From the NCBI GenBank assembly GCA_913030915.1, contig CAJWEW010000003.1, positions 829-64,828 on the forward strand: a stretch of 64,000 nt of DNA. Reading direction: 5' to 3'. This DNA comes from an uncultured Rhodobiaceae bacterium. Its GTDB lineage: Bacteria > Pseudomonadota > Alphaproteobacteria > Rhizobiales > TMED25. A program made the position numbers and the translations under genes. Each line of letters opens with the position of its first letter. Position 1 is the stretch's first letter. Shown here piece after piece: positions 36,088 through 45,601 of this stretch. The notes below the pieces were generated by a model. That model was not told where the DNA came from. It did not search any database and saw nothing but the letters and a program-made list of their open reading frames with translations.

Positions 36088-37116
36088 ATGGTTGATATTA
36101 AATCAAATTCAGTTCCAACATTCAATGAATTAGTTGAGTTTATATCTCAAATGCCATCAATAGATGCAGAAGCCGTTAGTTCAGTAAGAGAAAGAAATGA
36201 ACAGCTTTTAAAGCCATCAGGTTCTCTTGGGAAAGTTGAAGACATTGTCGAGTGGGTAGCGGGGTGGCAGGCTTCCTATCCTCCAAAGGTAAATAATATT
36301 ACCTTATCTATTTTCGTATCAAATCATGGTACTGCTGATACACATAAAATCTCTCCATATCCAACTTCTGTAACTGAAGCATTGGTCAAAAGTTTTAGAT
36401 CTGATCATGCTGTGATAAATCAGATATGTAAAACTCATAACGTTGGTTTACAAGTTTTTGACCTTGCATTAGAAATGCCTACAAAAAATATCACTGAAAA
36501 TGCTGCGATGACCGAAAATGATTGTATTACAACGATTTTGTATGGAAGAGAGGCTCTTGAAACTAGCCCAGATATAATATGCTTAGGTGAAGCTGGCATC
36601 GGAAATACAACGATTGCATCAAGTATCTGCGCAGCGCTGTATGGCGGAAATACATCTGATTGGGTAGGAATTGGAACCGGAGCTGATAAAGAAATGATAA
36701 AAACTAAAATCGAAGTTATTGAAAAGAGCTTAAAGCTACATAAAAGCCGTGAGCCAATGAAAATACTTCAATGTTTTGGTGGCAGGGAATTCGCAGCAAT
36801 CTTTGGTGCAATCCTAGCAGCACGCTTTGAGAGAATACCAGTGATATTGGATGGTTTCCCTGTATGTGCAGCAGCAGCTTTATTGCATGCTATTTCATCT
36901 GATGCCCTTGATCATTGTTATGTAAGCCATTTATCGAGTGAGCCTGGCCATGAAAGACTGCTGGAGCGCATTAATAAAAAACCCCTGGTTGATTTTAAAA
37001 TGCGCCTAGGTGAAGGGAGCGGAGCTGCGATGGTTGCGCCAATATTTCAATCATCGATAAACATCCATAATAATACGTCTACTTTTGAAGAGTCCTCCGT
37101 ACCAAACAAGAGTTAG
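36088..37116 (+). CDS. cobT: nicotinate-nucleotide--dimethylbenzimidazole phosphoribosyltransferase
   Basis: 'LLKPSGSLGKVEDI', 'GEAGIGNTT', 'GGREFAA' and 'RLGEGSGAA'. Start moved to ATG 36088, because the track start at 36043 would overlap the divergent cobS start. Confidence 0.85.
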   Translation: MVDIKSNSVPTFNELVEFISQMPSIDAEAVSSVRERNEQLLKPSGSLGKVEDIVEWVAGWQASYPPKVNNITLSIFVSNHGTADTHKISPYPTSVTEALVKSFRSDHAVINQICKTHNVGLQVFDLALEMPTKNITENAAMTENDCITTILYGREALETSPDIICLGEAGIGNTTIASSICAALYGGNTSDWVGIGTGADKEMIKTKIEVIEKSLKLHKSREPMKILQCFGGREFAAIFGAILAARFERIPVILDGFPVCAAAALLHAISSDALDHCYVSHLSSEPGHERLLERINKKPLVDFKMRLGEGSGAAMVAPIFQSSINIHNNTSTFEESSVPNKS

Positions 37117-37118
37117 TG

Positions 37119-38168
37119 ATGATCACAAATTCCGACCAAATTTCATATAATAACGTTGATATGTTTCTGGACGATAAGCACGGAGGAGATTTATCAGAAG
37201 CAGTCAGGGTTAATAGAAAAATAAAAAAATGGATTGATTTATCAACTGGAATAAATCCCAATGCGTATAGTGACTTTAATATTGATAAAACAGTCTACTC
37301 GCATTTACCGAGCGATGACCAATTAAAGGAGTTGATGTCAATAGCCAGAGGGTACTACAACTTAAATCAGAAAATAAAAATTTGCGCTTATCAGGGAGCT
37401 CAGGGAGTCATAAATATTTTACCCAACATAGTTAACAAATATATTTATGATACAATTCAAATTCTGACGCCAACCTATACTGAACATTACAGAGTGTGGA
37501 ATGACCATGGATTTAAAATACGATTAGTTACTAATATCGAAAATGAATTAGATCCATCAATCCCTTTTGTTCTGGTTAATCCAAATAATCCAGATGGAAA
37601 ATTATTTCAACCAAAATACCTTGAAGACGTGTGGGAAAGAATAAGAAAAGCAAATGGATTTTTAATCCTTGACGAGTCATTTATGGATGGGACACCAGAT
37701 ATGTCCCTAAGATTTAATGACTGCAGAGATAATGTAATCGTCATTAGATCATTTGGAAAATTTTTTGGTCTTCCAGGTCTTAGACTTGGCTTCGTATATG
37801 GTGACAATCATTACATCAATAAAGTATCTAGCTTAGTTGGACCTTGGCCTATCTCATCATCATCGTTACTAATTGCGCGCAAAGCGATGTTAGATAATGT
37901 ATGGATAAGCGCTACAATTGCAGATTTGAGAATGAAATCGATAGCTTTATCAAATCTTCTGCGTGATCAAAAACTGAAGATAGTCGGTGATTGTTATTTT
38001 TTTAAGACAATTGAAGTTGATAGCGCATCACAGATGCACAAGGCACTCGCAAATCATGGTATTTGGACACGAATATTTAATTACAATCAAAAATGGTTAA
38101 GAATGGGGCTTACAAAAAATAAATTTGAATTTGAATATTTAGCCAATACAATAATGGATATATTATAA
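37119..38168 (+). CDS. cobD: threonine-phosphate decarboxylase (class I/II aminotransferase fold)
   Basis: About 349 aa. N-terminal 'HGGD', 'NPNNPDG' and PLP-Lys region 'RSFGKFFGLPGLRLG'. It lies between cobT and cbiB. Confidence 0.75.
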   Translation: MITNSDQISYNNVDMFLDDKHGGDLSEAVRVNRKIKKWIDLSTGINPNAYSDFNIDKTVYSHLPSDDQLKELMSIARGYYNLNQKIKICAYQGAQGVINILPNIVNKYIYDTIQILTPTYTEHYRVWNDHGFKIRLVTNIENELDPSIPFVLVNPNNPDGKLFQPKYLEDVWERIRKANGFLILDESFMDGTPDMSLRFNDCRDNVIVIRSFGKFFGLPGLRLGFVYGDNHYINKVSSLVGPWPISSSSLLIARKAMLDNVWISATIADLRMKSIALSNLLRDQKLKIVGDCYFFKTIEVDSASQMHKALANHGIWTRIFNYNQKWLRMGLTKNKFEFEYLANTIMDIL

Positions 38169-38178
38169 GAGTTTAAAA

Positions 38179-39147
38179 ATGGATCTATTAATAGTTTTAT
38201 TCATCGCTGTCATAGTTGACGCTGTATGGGGAGATGATCACCTGATCTGGAAGAAATTCAAGCATCCGGTTGCTCTTGTAGGTCGATTTATAAATTTCCT
38301 TGATGTTGAGTTTAACCGGAATGAGTTCTCCGATTCATCACGCACATTTAATGGTTTTATTGTAATTATAATGTCCATAATTATTATCTGGTTTCTATCT
38401 TCAATAATAGAAGGGTTATTATTCGGAAATATTATCGGGAATTTAATTTTAGGATTAATCATTTCAATCTTGCTAGCAGGGAAGTCATTATTTGTTCATG
38501 TAAAGGATATATATGATGATTTTATGAGAGATGATCTGGATAATGCCAAAATAAACTTATCGAAAATTGTCTCTCGAAAAGTCGATGATTACGATGAAAG
38601 TGCAATAACAAGAGGGGCAATTGAGAGTTTGTCAGAGAATTTTAGCGATGGATATGTCGCTCCATTATTTTGGTTACTTATTGCGGGCTTACCGGGAATT
38701 TTCATATATAAGTTTATAAATACAGCGGATAGCATGATTGCCTATAAGAATGATAAATATCATAATTTCGGCAAATGTACCGCTTACCTCGATGATATCT
38801 TGAATTTTATACCCGCGCGTCTATCCTCTTTACTCCTTGTTTTTGCGAGCTTTGTACTGAAAGAAAACTGGCAGCAGGCATTATTATGCATAAAACATGA
38901 TGCGAGAAAGAGCCCATCTCCAAATTCAGGTTGGCCAGAGTCTGCAATGGCCGGCGCGTTGGATATTTCACTAGGTGGGGATAATTTTTATGATGGTGAA
39001 CTAATTAAATCGGATTGGATAAACGGTAGTGGTGAAAAAATTATTAGTTTTGATTTTATAACACGAGCGCTTTGGATTTATTCTACATCTGTTGTAATTT
39101 ATCTTGTCTTTGTAGTTATTTTCTTATTGCTGCGTATAATTTTTTGA
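38179..39147 (+). CDS. cbiB: adenosylcobinamide-phosphate synthase
   Basis: 322 aa membrane protein. 'HPVALVGRFI', 'SENFSDGYVAPLFW' and 'SPNSGWPESAMAGAL'. Confidence 0.85.
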   Translation: MDLLIVLFIAVIVDAVWGDDHLIWKKFKHPVALVGRFINFLDVEFNRNEFSDSSRTFNGFIVIIMSIIIIWFLSSIIEGLLFGNIIGNLILGLIISILLAGKSLFVHVKDIYDDFMRDDLDNAKINLSKIVSRKVDDYDESAITRGAIESLSENFSDGYVAPLFWLLIAGLPGIFIYKFINTADSMIAYKNDKYHNFGKCTAYLDDILNFIPARLSSLLLVFASFVLKENWQQALLCIKHDARKSPSPNSGWPESAMAGALDISLGGDNFYDGELIKSDWINGSGEKIISFDFITRALWIYSTSVVIYLVFVVIFLLLRIIF

Positions 39148-40596
39148 TAAATCCAATATGGACTTCCAAGAAATATGCTTCTCCAGATGATCAGCTAAAT
39201 CATTTAATGCTTGATCAAGTATTGTCTCATAATCATCTATTTGATCTCTATCAATTGATTTATCCGTAATCCTAAATAACCACTCAATAAGATGTCTATT
39301 GTGAAAGATTCCATGTACATAGGTGCCAAAGACTCTCCCATTAGCTGATTGAGCACCATCATACTTATTATCAATTACAAACAGAGGTCTTTCACAGTCT
39401 TTTCCATAGGTCCTGCCAATATGAATTTCATAACCAACTATTTCCTTGTTCGATTCTATATGTGTTCCATTGATTTTTGTGACGATTTTACTATTTATCA
39501 TCTCGGTTTCGACATCTAAAAGTTCTAGACCTTTTGTGACTGTTACGTTACTTTCTATTTTATCATTATCATTTATGAATTTGCCAAGCATTTGGTATCC
39601 GCCACATAGACCGATGACAACCCCGTTGTTTTTATGATGCATCCTTATTTCTCTATCCCAGTTATTTTCTCGAAGCTCTTTCAAATCGCTAATTGTTGAT
39701 TTTGAGCCTAACAGCAAAATAATATCAGTTTTTTGCGGTATATTATCACCTGGTCTTATATAATTTATATTGATATTTTTTTGGTTTCTTAGCGGGTCAA
39801 GGTCATCAAAGTTCGATATTTTACTTAGAATTGGAACTGATACCGTAAGTTTTGCATCTGATTTCTTATTATTTATAAAAATTTTTTCAAGATCATGAGA
39901 GTCCTCGGCAGGTAATTTATGAATATTTTCATAATATGGAACTAAGCCTAAGAATTTCCATTGAGTTCTTTTTTCTATTTCTAAAATGCCACTTTTAAAT
40001 AATTTGGGATCGCCACGAAATCTATTAATTATGAATCCGATTAGATTTTCATTGTCTTCTGAGTCCAAAACAGCTTTCGTTCCGACTAAGCTTGCAATGA
40101 CACCTCCACGGTCAATATCTCCGATAATTATAGTTGGTACTGATAATTTTGTTGCAAATCCCATATTTGCAATATCTCCATCGCGTAGATTAATTTCTGC
40201 AGGACTTCCTGCACCCTCAACTAAGATGAGGTCATGCTTTTCTGATAAATTTATAAACGCCTTCTCAACATATGGCATCAGAGAACCTTTGATTTTTTGA
40301 TACTCAAATCCGCTAACTGATCTCTCAAATTTACCATTAATTATAAGTTGTGAACCCCGTTCGCTTTGGGGTTTTAGAAGTATTGGGTTATGTAATATAC
40401 TAGGCTCTAGCCCAGAAGCAATTGCCTGTAATGCTTGCGCTCTGCCAATCTCGCCCCCATCTAAGGTTGCGGCTGCGTTGTTTGACATATTTTGTGGCTT
40501 AAATGGTGCTACAGATATTCCATTTCTTCTGAACAGTCGGCACAGCCCAGCAACAATTATTGATTTACCTACGCTGGAGCCAGTTCCTTGAAACAT
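39124..40596 (-). CDS. cobQ: cobyric acid synthase
   Basis: 490 aa. 'MFQGTGSSVGKS', 'KPQNMSNN', 'EGAGSPAEINL' and a C-terminal GATase with 'GLCGGYQMLG'. Confidence 0.9.
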   Translation of the reverse strand: MFQGTGSSVGKSIIVAGLCRLFRRNGISVAPFKPQNMSNNAAATLDGGEIGRAQALQAIASGLEPSILHNPILLKPQSERGSQLIINGKFERSVSGFEYQKIKGSLMPYVEKAFINLSEKHDLILVEGAGSPAEINLRDGDIANMGFATKLSVPTIIIGDIDRGGVIASLVGTKAVLDSEDNENLIGFIINRFRGDPKLFKSGILEIEKRTQWKFLGLVPYYENIHKLPAEDSHDLEKIFINNKKSDAKLTVSVPILSKISNFDDLDPLRNQKNININYIRPGDNIPQKTDIILLLGSKSTISDLKELRENNWDREIRMHHKNNGVVIGLCGGYQMLGKFINDNDKIESNVTVTKGLELLDVETEMINSKIVTKINGTHIESNKEIVGYEIHIGRTYGKDCERPLFVIDNKYDGAQSANGRVFGTYVHGIFHNRHLIEWLFRITDKSIDRDQIDDYETILDQALNDLADHLEKHISWKSILDLSKNYTQQ

Positions 40597-40630
40597 AATT
40601 GCTGGTGTTTTTCCTATTGACCTGACCCCC

Positions 40631-41257
40631 CTAAAACTCTATTCCAAGTTGTGCTTTTACACCGCTTCTAAAGGGGTGCTTTATTAAATCCATGTTTGTG
40701 ACTAGATCAGCAATTTCGAGAAGTTCTTCTTTAGCATTACGTCCAGTAATTATAACATGAGTTTTTTCAGGTTTATTTTTTAAAGTCTCCAAAACCTCAT
40801 CTAAAGACAAGTAATCATAGCGTAGAACAATATTCAATTCATCGAGGAGTACAATTTGGTTTTTCTCATTGAAGATTAACTCTTTACTTTTTTCCCATGC
40901 ATTTTTTGCAGCTTCGATATCTCTCATTCTATCCTGCGTTTCCCATGTAAAGCCTTCACCCATTTTATAGATTTCTACCTGATCTTGAAATTTTTCAAGA
41001 GCCGCTCTTTCACCTGAAAGCCATTGCCCTTTTACAAATTGGACTACAGCAACATTCATTTTATTTCCTAAAGCTCTAAATATCATTCCAAAAGCTGCTG
41101 TTGTTTTACCCTTACCTTTGCCGGTGTTAACAATAATAAGACCTTTTTCAATTGTTTTTGTTGCCAGTATTTTCTTTCTAGCCTCTTTTTTCTTATGCAT
41201 TTTCTCTGCGTGTCTTTTATTGAGTTCGTGTTCTGTCAGATATTTTTTTTCAGACAT
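40631..41257 (-). CDS. cobO: cob(I)yrinic acid a,c-diamide adenosyltransferase
   Basis: 208 aa. 'TGKGKGKTTAAFG', 'VVQFVKG' and 'LLDELN' CobO/BtuR motifs. Confidence 0.9.
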   Translation of the reverse strand: MSEKKYLTEHELNKRHAEKMHKKKEARKKILATKTIEKGLIIVNTGKGKGKTTAAFGMIFRALGNKMNVAVVQFVKGQWLSGERAALEKFQDQVEIYKMGEGFTWETQDRMRDIEAAKNAWEKSKELIFNEKNQIVLLDELNIVLRYDYLSLDEVLETLKNKPEKTHVIITGRNAKEELLEIADLVTNMDLIKHPFRSGVKAQLGIEF

Positions 41258-41261
41258 TTAA

Positions 41262-44200
41262 TTATTCCCTCTCAATTTCAAGCAGTGATTTTGTATCATT
41301 TCGTCTAGGGTGCCATAATTTTCTATCTATGGCATCTATGAATTTTATTTTTATGTCATTTAACGCATCTGGATTGTAGTATTTAATAAACTCATAGACA
41401 TTTTCATCAGCAATATATGACTCGAATAATAAATCAAAATGATGATTTTTGACTAATCCAGTTGTTGCCTGATAGGCATATAAGTAATCGAGGGTCGCAA
41501 GTAACTCGAAAGCACCTTTGTAGCCATGCTTCATTATGCTCTTTATCCATTTTGGATTTGCAGCTCTACCTCTGACAATTTTCCCAATTTCTTGGTCTAA
41601 TGTACCTATCTTTAAATTATTTGGATTTGAGTGATCGTTATGATAATAAATTGGTTTATTTCCAGATAAACTCTCAACGGCCGCACCCATTCCTCCATGA
41701 AATTGGTAATAATCGTCCGAGTCCAGAATATCATGTTCTCGATTATCTTGATTTTGGACAACAGCTTGCAACCTTTCAAGCCTCATTGTGAGTATTTTTT
41801 TATTTTCATAGCCATAGTTATCTGTTCCGTAAGCGTATGATCCCCAATTTATGTAATTCTCTGCGAGATCACTTGTGGATTTCCAGATTCCTTCATCAAT
41901 CATTGATTGAAGTCCTGCCCCGTAAGATCCTGGCATCGATGAAAATATTCGATAAGTGGCTAGTCGATCAATTTCTGGGCTACTTAGTTTCTCCTTTTTG
42001 AAAAATTCTCTATCTTTATTGAATGCAAATTTTATCGGATTTTGACTGTCATCTTCATCGAGTAAAGCAATCTCTCGAATTGCTTGATCAAATAGATCAA
42101 TTAGGTTAGGAAACGCATCCCTGAAAAATCCAGATATTCTTAATGTAACATCTATGCGAGGTCTTTTTAGTATGTTTACAGGGACGATTTCATATCCGCA
42201 AACTCTTCCTGATGTATTATCCCATTTTGGCTTTGCTCCAATTAATGCAAGAGCCTGCGATATATCATCACCACCTGTTCTCATATTAGATGTCCCCCAC
42301 GCAGATAAGCCAAAGTAAGTTGGGTAACACCCCTTTTTTTTGTGAAAATCTGATATCATTAATTCGGCTGAGCGTTTGCCAATATTCCAAGCCATGCGTG
42401 TTGGTAGTGATCGCATATCGATAGAGTAGAAGTTTTTACCAGTTGGAAATACTTCAATTTTACCCCTAGTGGGTGCGCCTGAAGGACCGGGGTGTAGAAA
42501 CTTTCCATCAAGGAGTGTAACTATCCCGGCATGCTCCTTCTTGCCAGAGCTTTTTATTGACGGCACAATCTCAGTTTTAATATTTTCGAGAACATCCATG
42601 GTGTTGGTCCAGTTTTGAGGTATAATCTCTTTTTCAAGCAGTATATCCTCAGAGAGCATTCTCAACCTCTCAATTGTATCTGCATTTGTTCGCCACGCTG
42701 CATCAATCACATTTCGAAGTTGATTATTTTTATCTCCGGTATACGGATCACTTAATTTACATTCATTTACACTTAATTTTATTCCCATATCATCAGCTAT
42801 GGCCTGAGTTATGGCTTTATTTTCTCCAAGACCATTTTTCCTTGAAGTTTTTGATATACTCATAACTAAATTTATTAATTCCTGCCCTTTTGGTGATTTC
42901 CCAAAGATATGTAATCCATCTCTAATTTGCAGTTCTTTCAGTTCGCATAAGTAGGTATCTATTTTATTAAGTTTTATCTCTGTTGTGTCATTATCGTCAA
43001 TCAGTGTATCCGAATATAGCCCCGTCGATTGTGTCAACTCAATTATTTCATGCTCAATATTATGTGCCCTGATTGGATCTGTTTGAAAGCATTCGTAATA
43101 TTCATCTAATAAAAGTTCAATTTGAATAAGTTCATCATAAGTATCTGCATTCGTGAGAGGCGGCGTGAGATGATCAACAATAACAGCAGCATTTCGTCTC
43201 TTTGCTTGAGTACCCTCGCCCGGGTCATTTACAATAAATGGATATATTAGTGGAGTTGGACCTAAAATAAGGTCTGGATAACAATTTTGACTCAGTGATA
43301 ATGATTTTCCAGGAAGCCATTCAAGATTGCCATGTTTACCAAATTGAATAATTGCATGGGCTTTAAACTTATATTTTACCCAAAAGTAAAATGCAAAATA
43401 TGAATGTGGGGGTACCAAGTCTGGACTGTGATATGAGTCCTTTGGATCTATATTATATCCACGAGATGGCTGAATCCCCAGCGATAAGTTTCCAAATTTT
43501 TGTATTGGTAAAACAATATTTTTTCCGCGTGTAAAGGGGTCTTTTTCTATCGCGCCCCACTTCTTATTTATTGCACTTTGGATATTTTTTGGCAAATCCT
43601 CAAAATAATTCTTGTAGTCGTCTAATGATAAATATTTATTAGTTTTTAATTTGATTTTCGTATGTGAGTTGGTTTGACCAGAAATTAACTTTTTCATCAA
43701 TTGATCTGAATTACTCGGAAAATTGAGGATTTTGTATTTAAGTTTTTCTAATTTTTTAATCAGATGAACAATACTACTTGGTGTGTCGAGGCCAACACCA
43801 TTTGCAATTCGTGAGTCTTTATTTGGATAGTTAGCAAGGGTAATGAATATATTTTTCTTTTCATTTGGAGTTACGGATAGCTTGCTCCAGTTTTTTACTA
43901 AATTATATATATAATTAATACCAAAATCATGGGGTATATATTCTAAGAGCTTCGCTTGAGTTATTTTATCAAAACTAATCTCCTCTTTAAAAGCAATTGT
44001 TTTTGTAATAATTCTGCCATCAATTTCAGGCAATGAAATACTCATAATGATATCTCGATTATTTAGTCCTTTGCTTGAGTGATGCCACTCATGTTCGGAC
44101 ATACTAGATAGAATTACTTGAAACACAGGTCTACGAGCATCATCAAAAATAGTTTTGGACGATGATATGCCGCTTAGAGAGAATCCTGTAAGATTTACAA

Positions 44201-44981
44201 CTGAAATTGGATTATATTTTTTTAATAGGAAACGTGTAACGTCTCGGTTTTTTTTATCTTTGAAACTTTTTGAGTGTATTGGTATACAATTATAATCTTT
44301 TCCCAGCGCTGAAATAAGTGCGTCAATTACCTCTGTTTGCCCACTCTGAAGAAGGGCACTATAGAATGTGATTGCAATCACTGGTCTCTTCTTGATTGGC
44401 CATTTTGCTTCGAGGGTTTCTGCATTTATTTCATTAAAATCTGGCCAATAGATACCAACTGAACTAATTTTTTTTGCAGCTGGGGGTTTTTTTATACCAT
44501 TGTTGAGATATAAAATATATTTAAGTAAATTGACACCATTCTCAGGTCCGCCTTCAATAAAATACGACCATATATTTCTATAATCATTCCCCTTTATGGA
44601 CGACATTGCAAATAATTGCTCATCAAATTTATCATCACCAGGTAAAAAAATAATCTTATATTTCTTCCTCATTTGGTCAGCAAGTATTTGGTCGACACCA
44701 TAGCTCCAGTAGTTTCTGCCACCCAAAATCCTTACAATCACAAATTTCGCCTTGGGTAGGGTTTTTTTAATGTAACTGTCAACAGCATTATTATCATTGA
44801 GATTGAGAATATTTTGTAACCTTACGGACGGTTGCCCTTTTATTTTTCTAAGAGATTTTGATAGTAGCGTGATTTCGGTATCCGCTGAGGTTAGAAATAT
44901 TATGTCAGCGGGCGATTGTTTATACTCATGACCGCTAGGCCCATTATTTGTGATAAATGATTTATTGTTTATCAAATGCAT
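41262..44981 (-). CDS. cobN: cobaltochelatase large subunit CobN
   Basis: 1239 aa CobN/Mg-chelatase H family. 'HFGKHGNLEWLPGK', 'DHLTPP' and 'MRTGGDDI'. No chelatase ATPase (CobS/CobT or ChlI/ChlD type) gene is in the window. Confidence 0.9.
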   Translation of the reverse strand: MHLINNKSFITNNGPSGHEYKQSPADIIFLTSADTEITLLSKSLRKIKGQPSVRLQNILNLNDNNAVDSYIKKTLPKAKFVIVRILGGRNYWSYGVDQILADQMRKKYKIIFLPGDDKFDEQLFAMSSIKGNDYRNIWSYFIEGGPENGVNLLKYILYLNNGIKKPPAAKKISSVGIYWPDFNEINAETLEAKWPIKKRPVIAITFYSALLQSGQTEVIDALISALGKDYNCIPIHSKSFKDKKNRDVTRFLLKKYNPISVVNLTGFSLSGISSSKTIFDDARRPVFQVILSSMSEHEWHHSSKGLNNRDIIMSISLPEIDGRIITKTIAFKEEISFDKITQAKLLEYIPHDFGINYIYNLVKNWSKLSVTPNEKKNIFITLANYPNKDSRIANGVGLDTPSSIVHLIKKLEKLKYKILNFPSNSDQLMKKLISGQTNSHTKIKLKTNKYLSLDDYKNYFEDLPKNIQSAINKKWGAIEKDPFTRGKNIVLPIQKFGNLSLGIQPSRGYNIDPKDSYHSPDLVPPHSYFAFYFWVKYKFKAHAIIQFGKHGNLEWLPGKSLSLSQNCYPDLILGPTPLIYPFIVNDPGEGTQAKRRNAAVIVDHLTPPLTNADTYDELIQIELLLDEYYECFQTDPIRAHNIEHEIIELTQSTGLYSDTLIDDNDTTEIKLNKIDTYLCELKELQIRDGLHIFGKSPKGQELINLVMSISKTSRKNGLGENKAITQAIADDMGIKLSVNECKLSDPYTGDKNNQLRNVIDAAWRTNADTIERLRMLSEDILLEKEIIPQNWTNTMDVLENIKTEIVPSIKSSGKKEHAGIVTLLDGKFLHPGPSGAPTRGKIEVFPTGKNFYSIDMRSLPTRMAWNIGKRSAELMISDFHKKKGCYPTYFGLSAWGTSNMRTGGDDISQALALIGAKPKWDNTSGRVCGYEIVPVNILKRPRIDVTLRISGFFRDAFPNLIDLFDQAIREIALLDEDDSQNPIKFAFNKDREFFKKEKLSSPEIDRLATYRIFSSMPGSYGAGLQSMIDEGIWKSTSDLAENYINWGSYAYGTDNYGYENKKILTMRLERLQAVVQNQDNREHDILDSDDYYQFHGGMGAAVESLSGNKPIYYHNDHSNPNNLKIGTLDQEIGKIVRGRAANPKWIKSIMKHGYKGAFELLATLDYLYAYQATTGLVKNHHFDLLFESYIADENVYEFIKYYNPDALNDIKIKFIDAIDRKLWHPRRNDTKSLLEIERE

Positions 44982-45527
44982 TTATTTTATCCTGATACCT
45001 ATTCCAGCTGTCACCTTGTAGACATTATCACAAATTTTTGCTATTTCTTGGTTGAGCTTACCATTATATTTTTGGAATTCTCGAGTTTCTTTATTTGCAG
45101 ATATTACGCTTTCACCAAGATCATTTGTAACTAGAATGATGGTGGCATCTGTATTAGTTGCAAGAAAATTTATTAGTTTTTCTGTGTTGTAATCAAGGTC
45201 ACTTTTATGGAAAATTAAATTTGATAACCAAGTTGTAAGACATTCTATTAATACTATTATATTAGTTTCTTCAATCTCCATGATGCGAGAGACAATGTCA
45301 ATTTGCTCTTCAATTGTTGTCCAGTCTTTGGGTCGTCTGTCTTGATGTATTTTTATTTTTTCATTCATCTCATCATCGGTTATTGGCGCTGTTGCAAGAT
45401 AATAAATTTTTGAATTCTCATTAACTTTACATACGTCTTTTACTATTTGCTCGGCAAAAGAAGATTTACCTGAGCTAATTCCGCCAATGACTAGATAGTT
45501 GGGCATAATAATAACGTTAATACTCAA
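44982..45527 (-). CDS. cobU: bifunctional adenosylcobinamide kinase / adenosylcobinamide-phosphate guanylyltransferase
   Basis: P-loop 'IGGISSGKSSFAE', 'YLATA' and 'HQDRRP'. The stop abuts the cobN ATG. The true start may be ATG 45506. Confidence 0.85.
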   Translation of the reverse strand: MSINVIIMPNYLVIGGISSGKSSFAEQIVKDVCKVNENSKIYYLATAPITDDEMNEKIKIHQDRRPKDWTTIEEQIDIVSRIMEIEETNIIVLIECLTTWLSNLIFHKSDLDYNTEKLINFLATNTDATIILVTNDLGESVISANKETREFQKYNGKLNQEIAKICDNVYKVTAGIGIRIK

Positions 45528-45601
45528 TAAAAAATTTATGTTTTATACTTTATTAAGTTTATATTTTATTTAAAATTGAATAAACAAGAAACTAGGTGGA
45601 T

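Noticed and set aside
45528-45595. Searched upstream of cobU-cobN-cobO-cobQ, and of cobT (36055-36087), for a cobalamin riboswitch.
   Set aside because: The spacers are 68 and 33 nt of AT-rich sequence with no B12-box-like GC-containing core. They are too short for the element, so its absence is reported as part of the cob finding instead.
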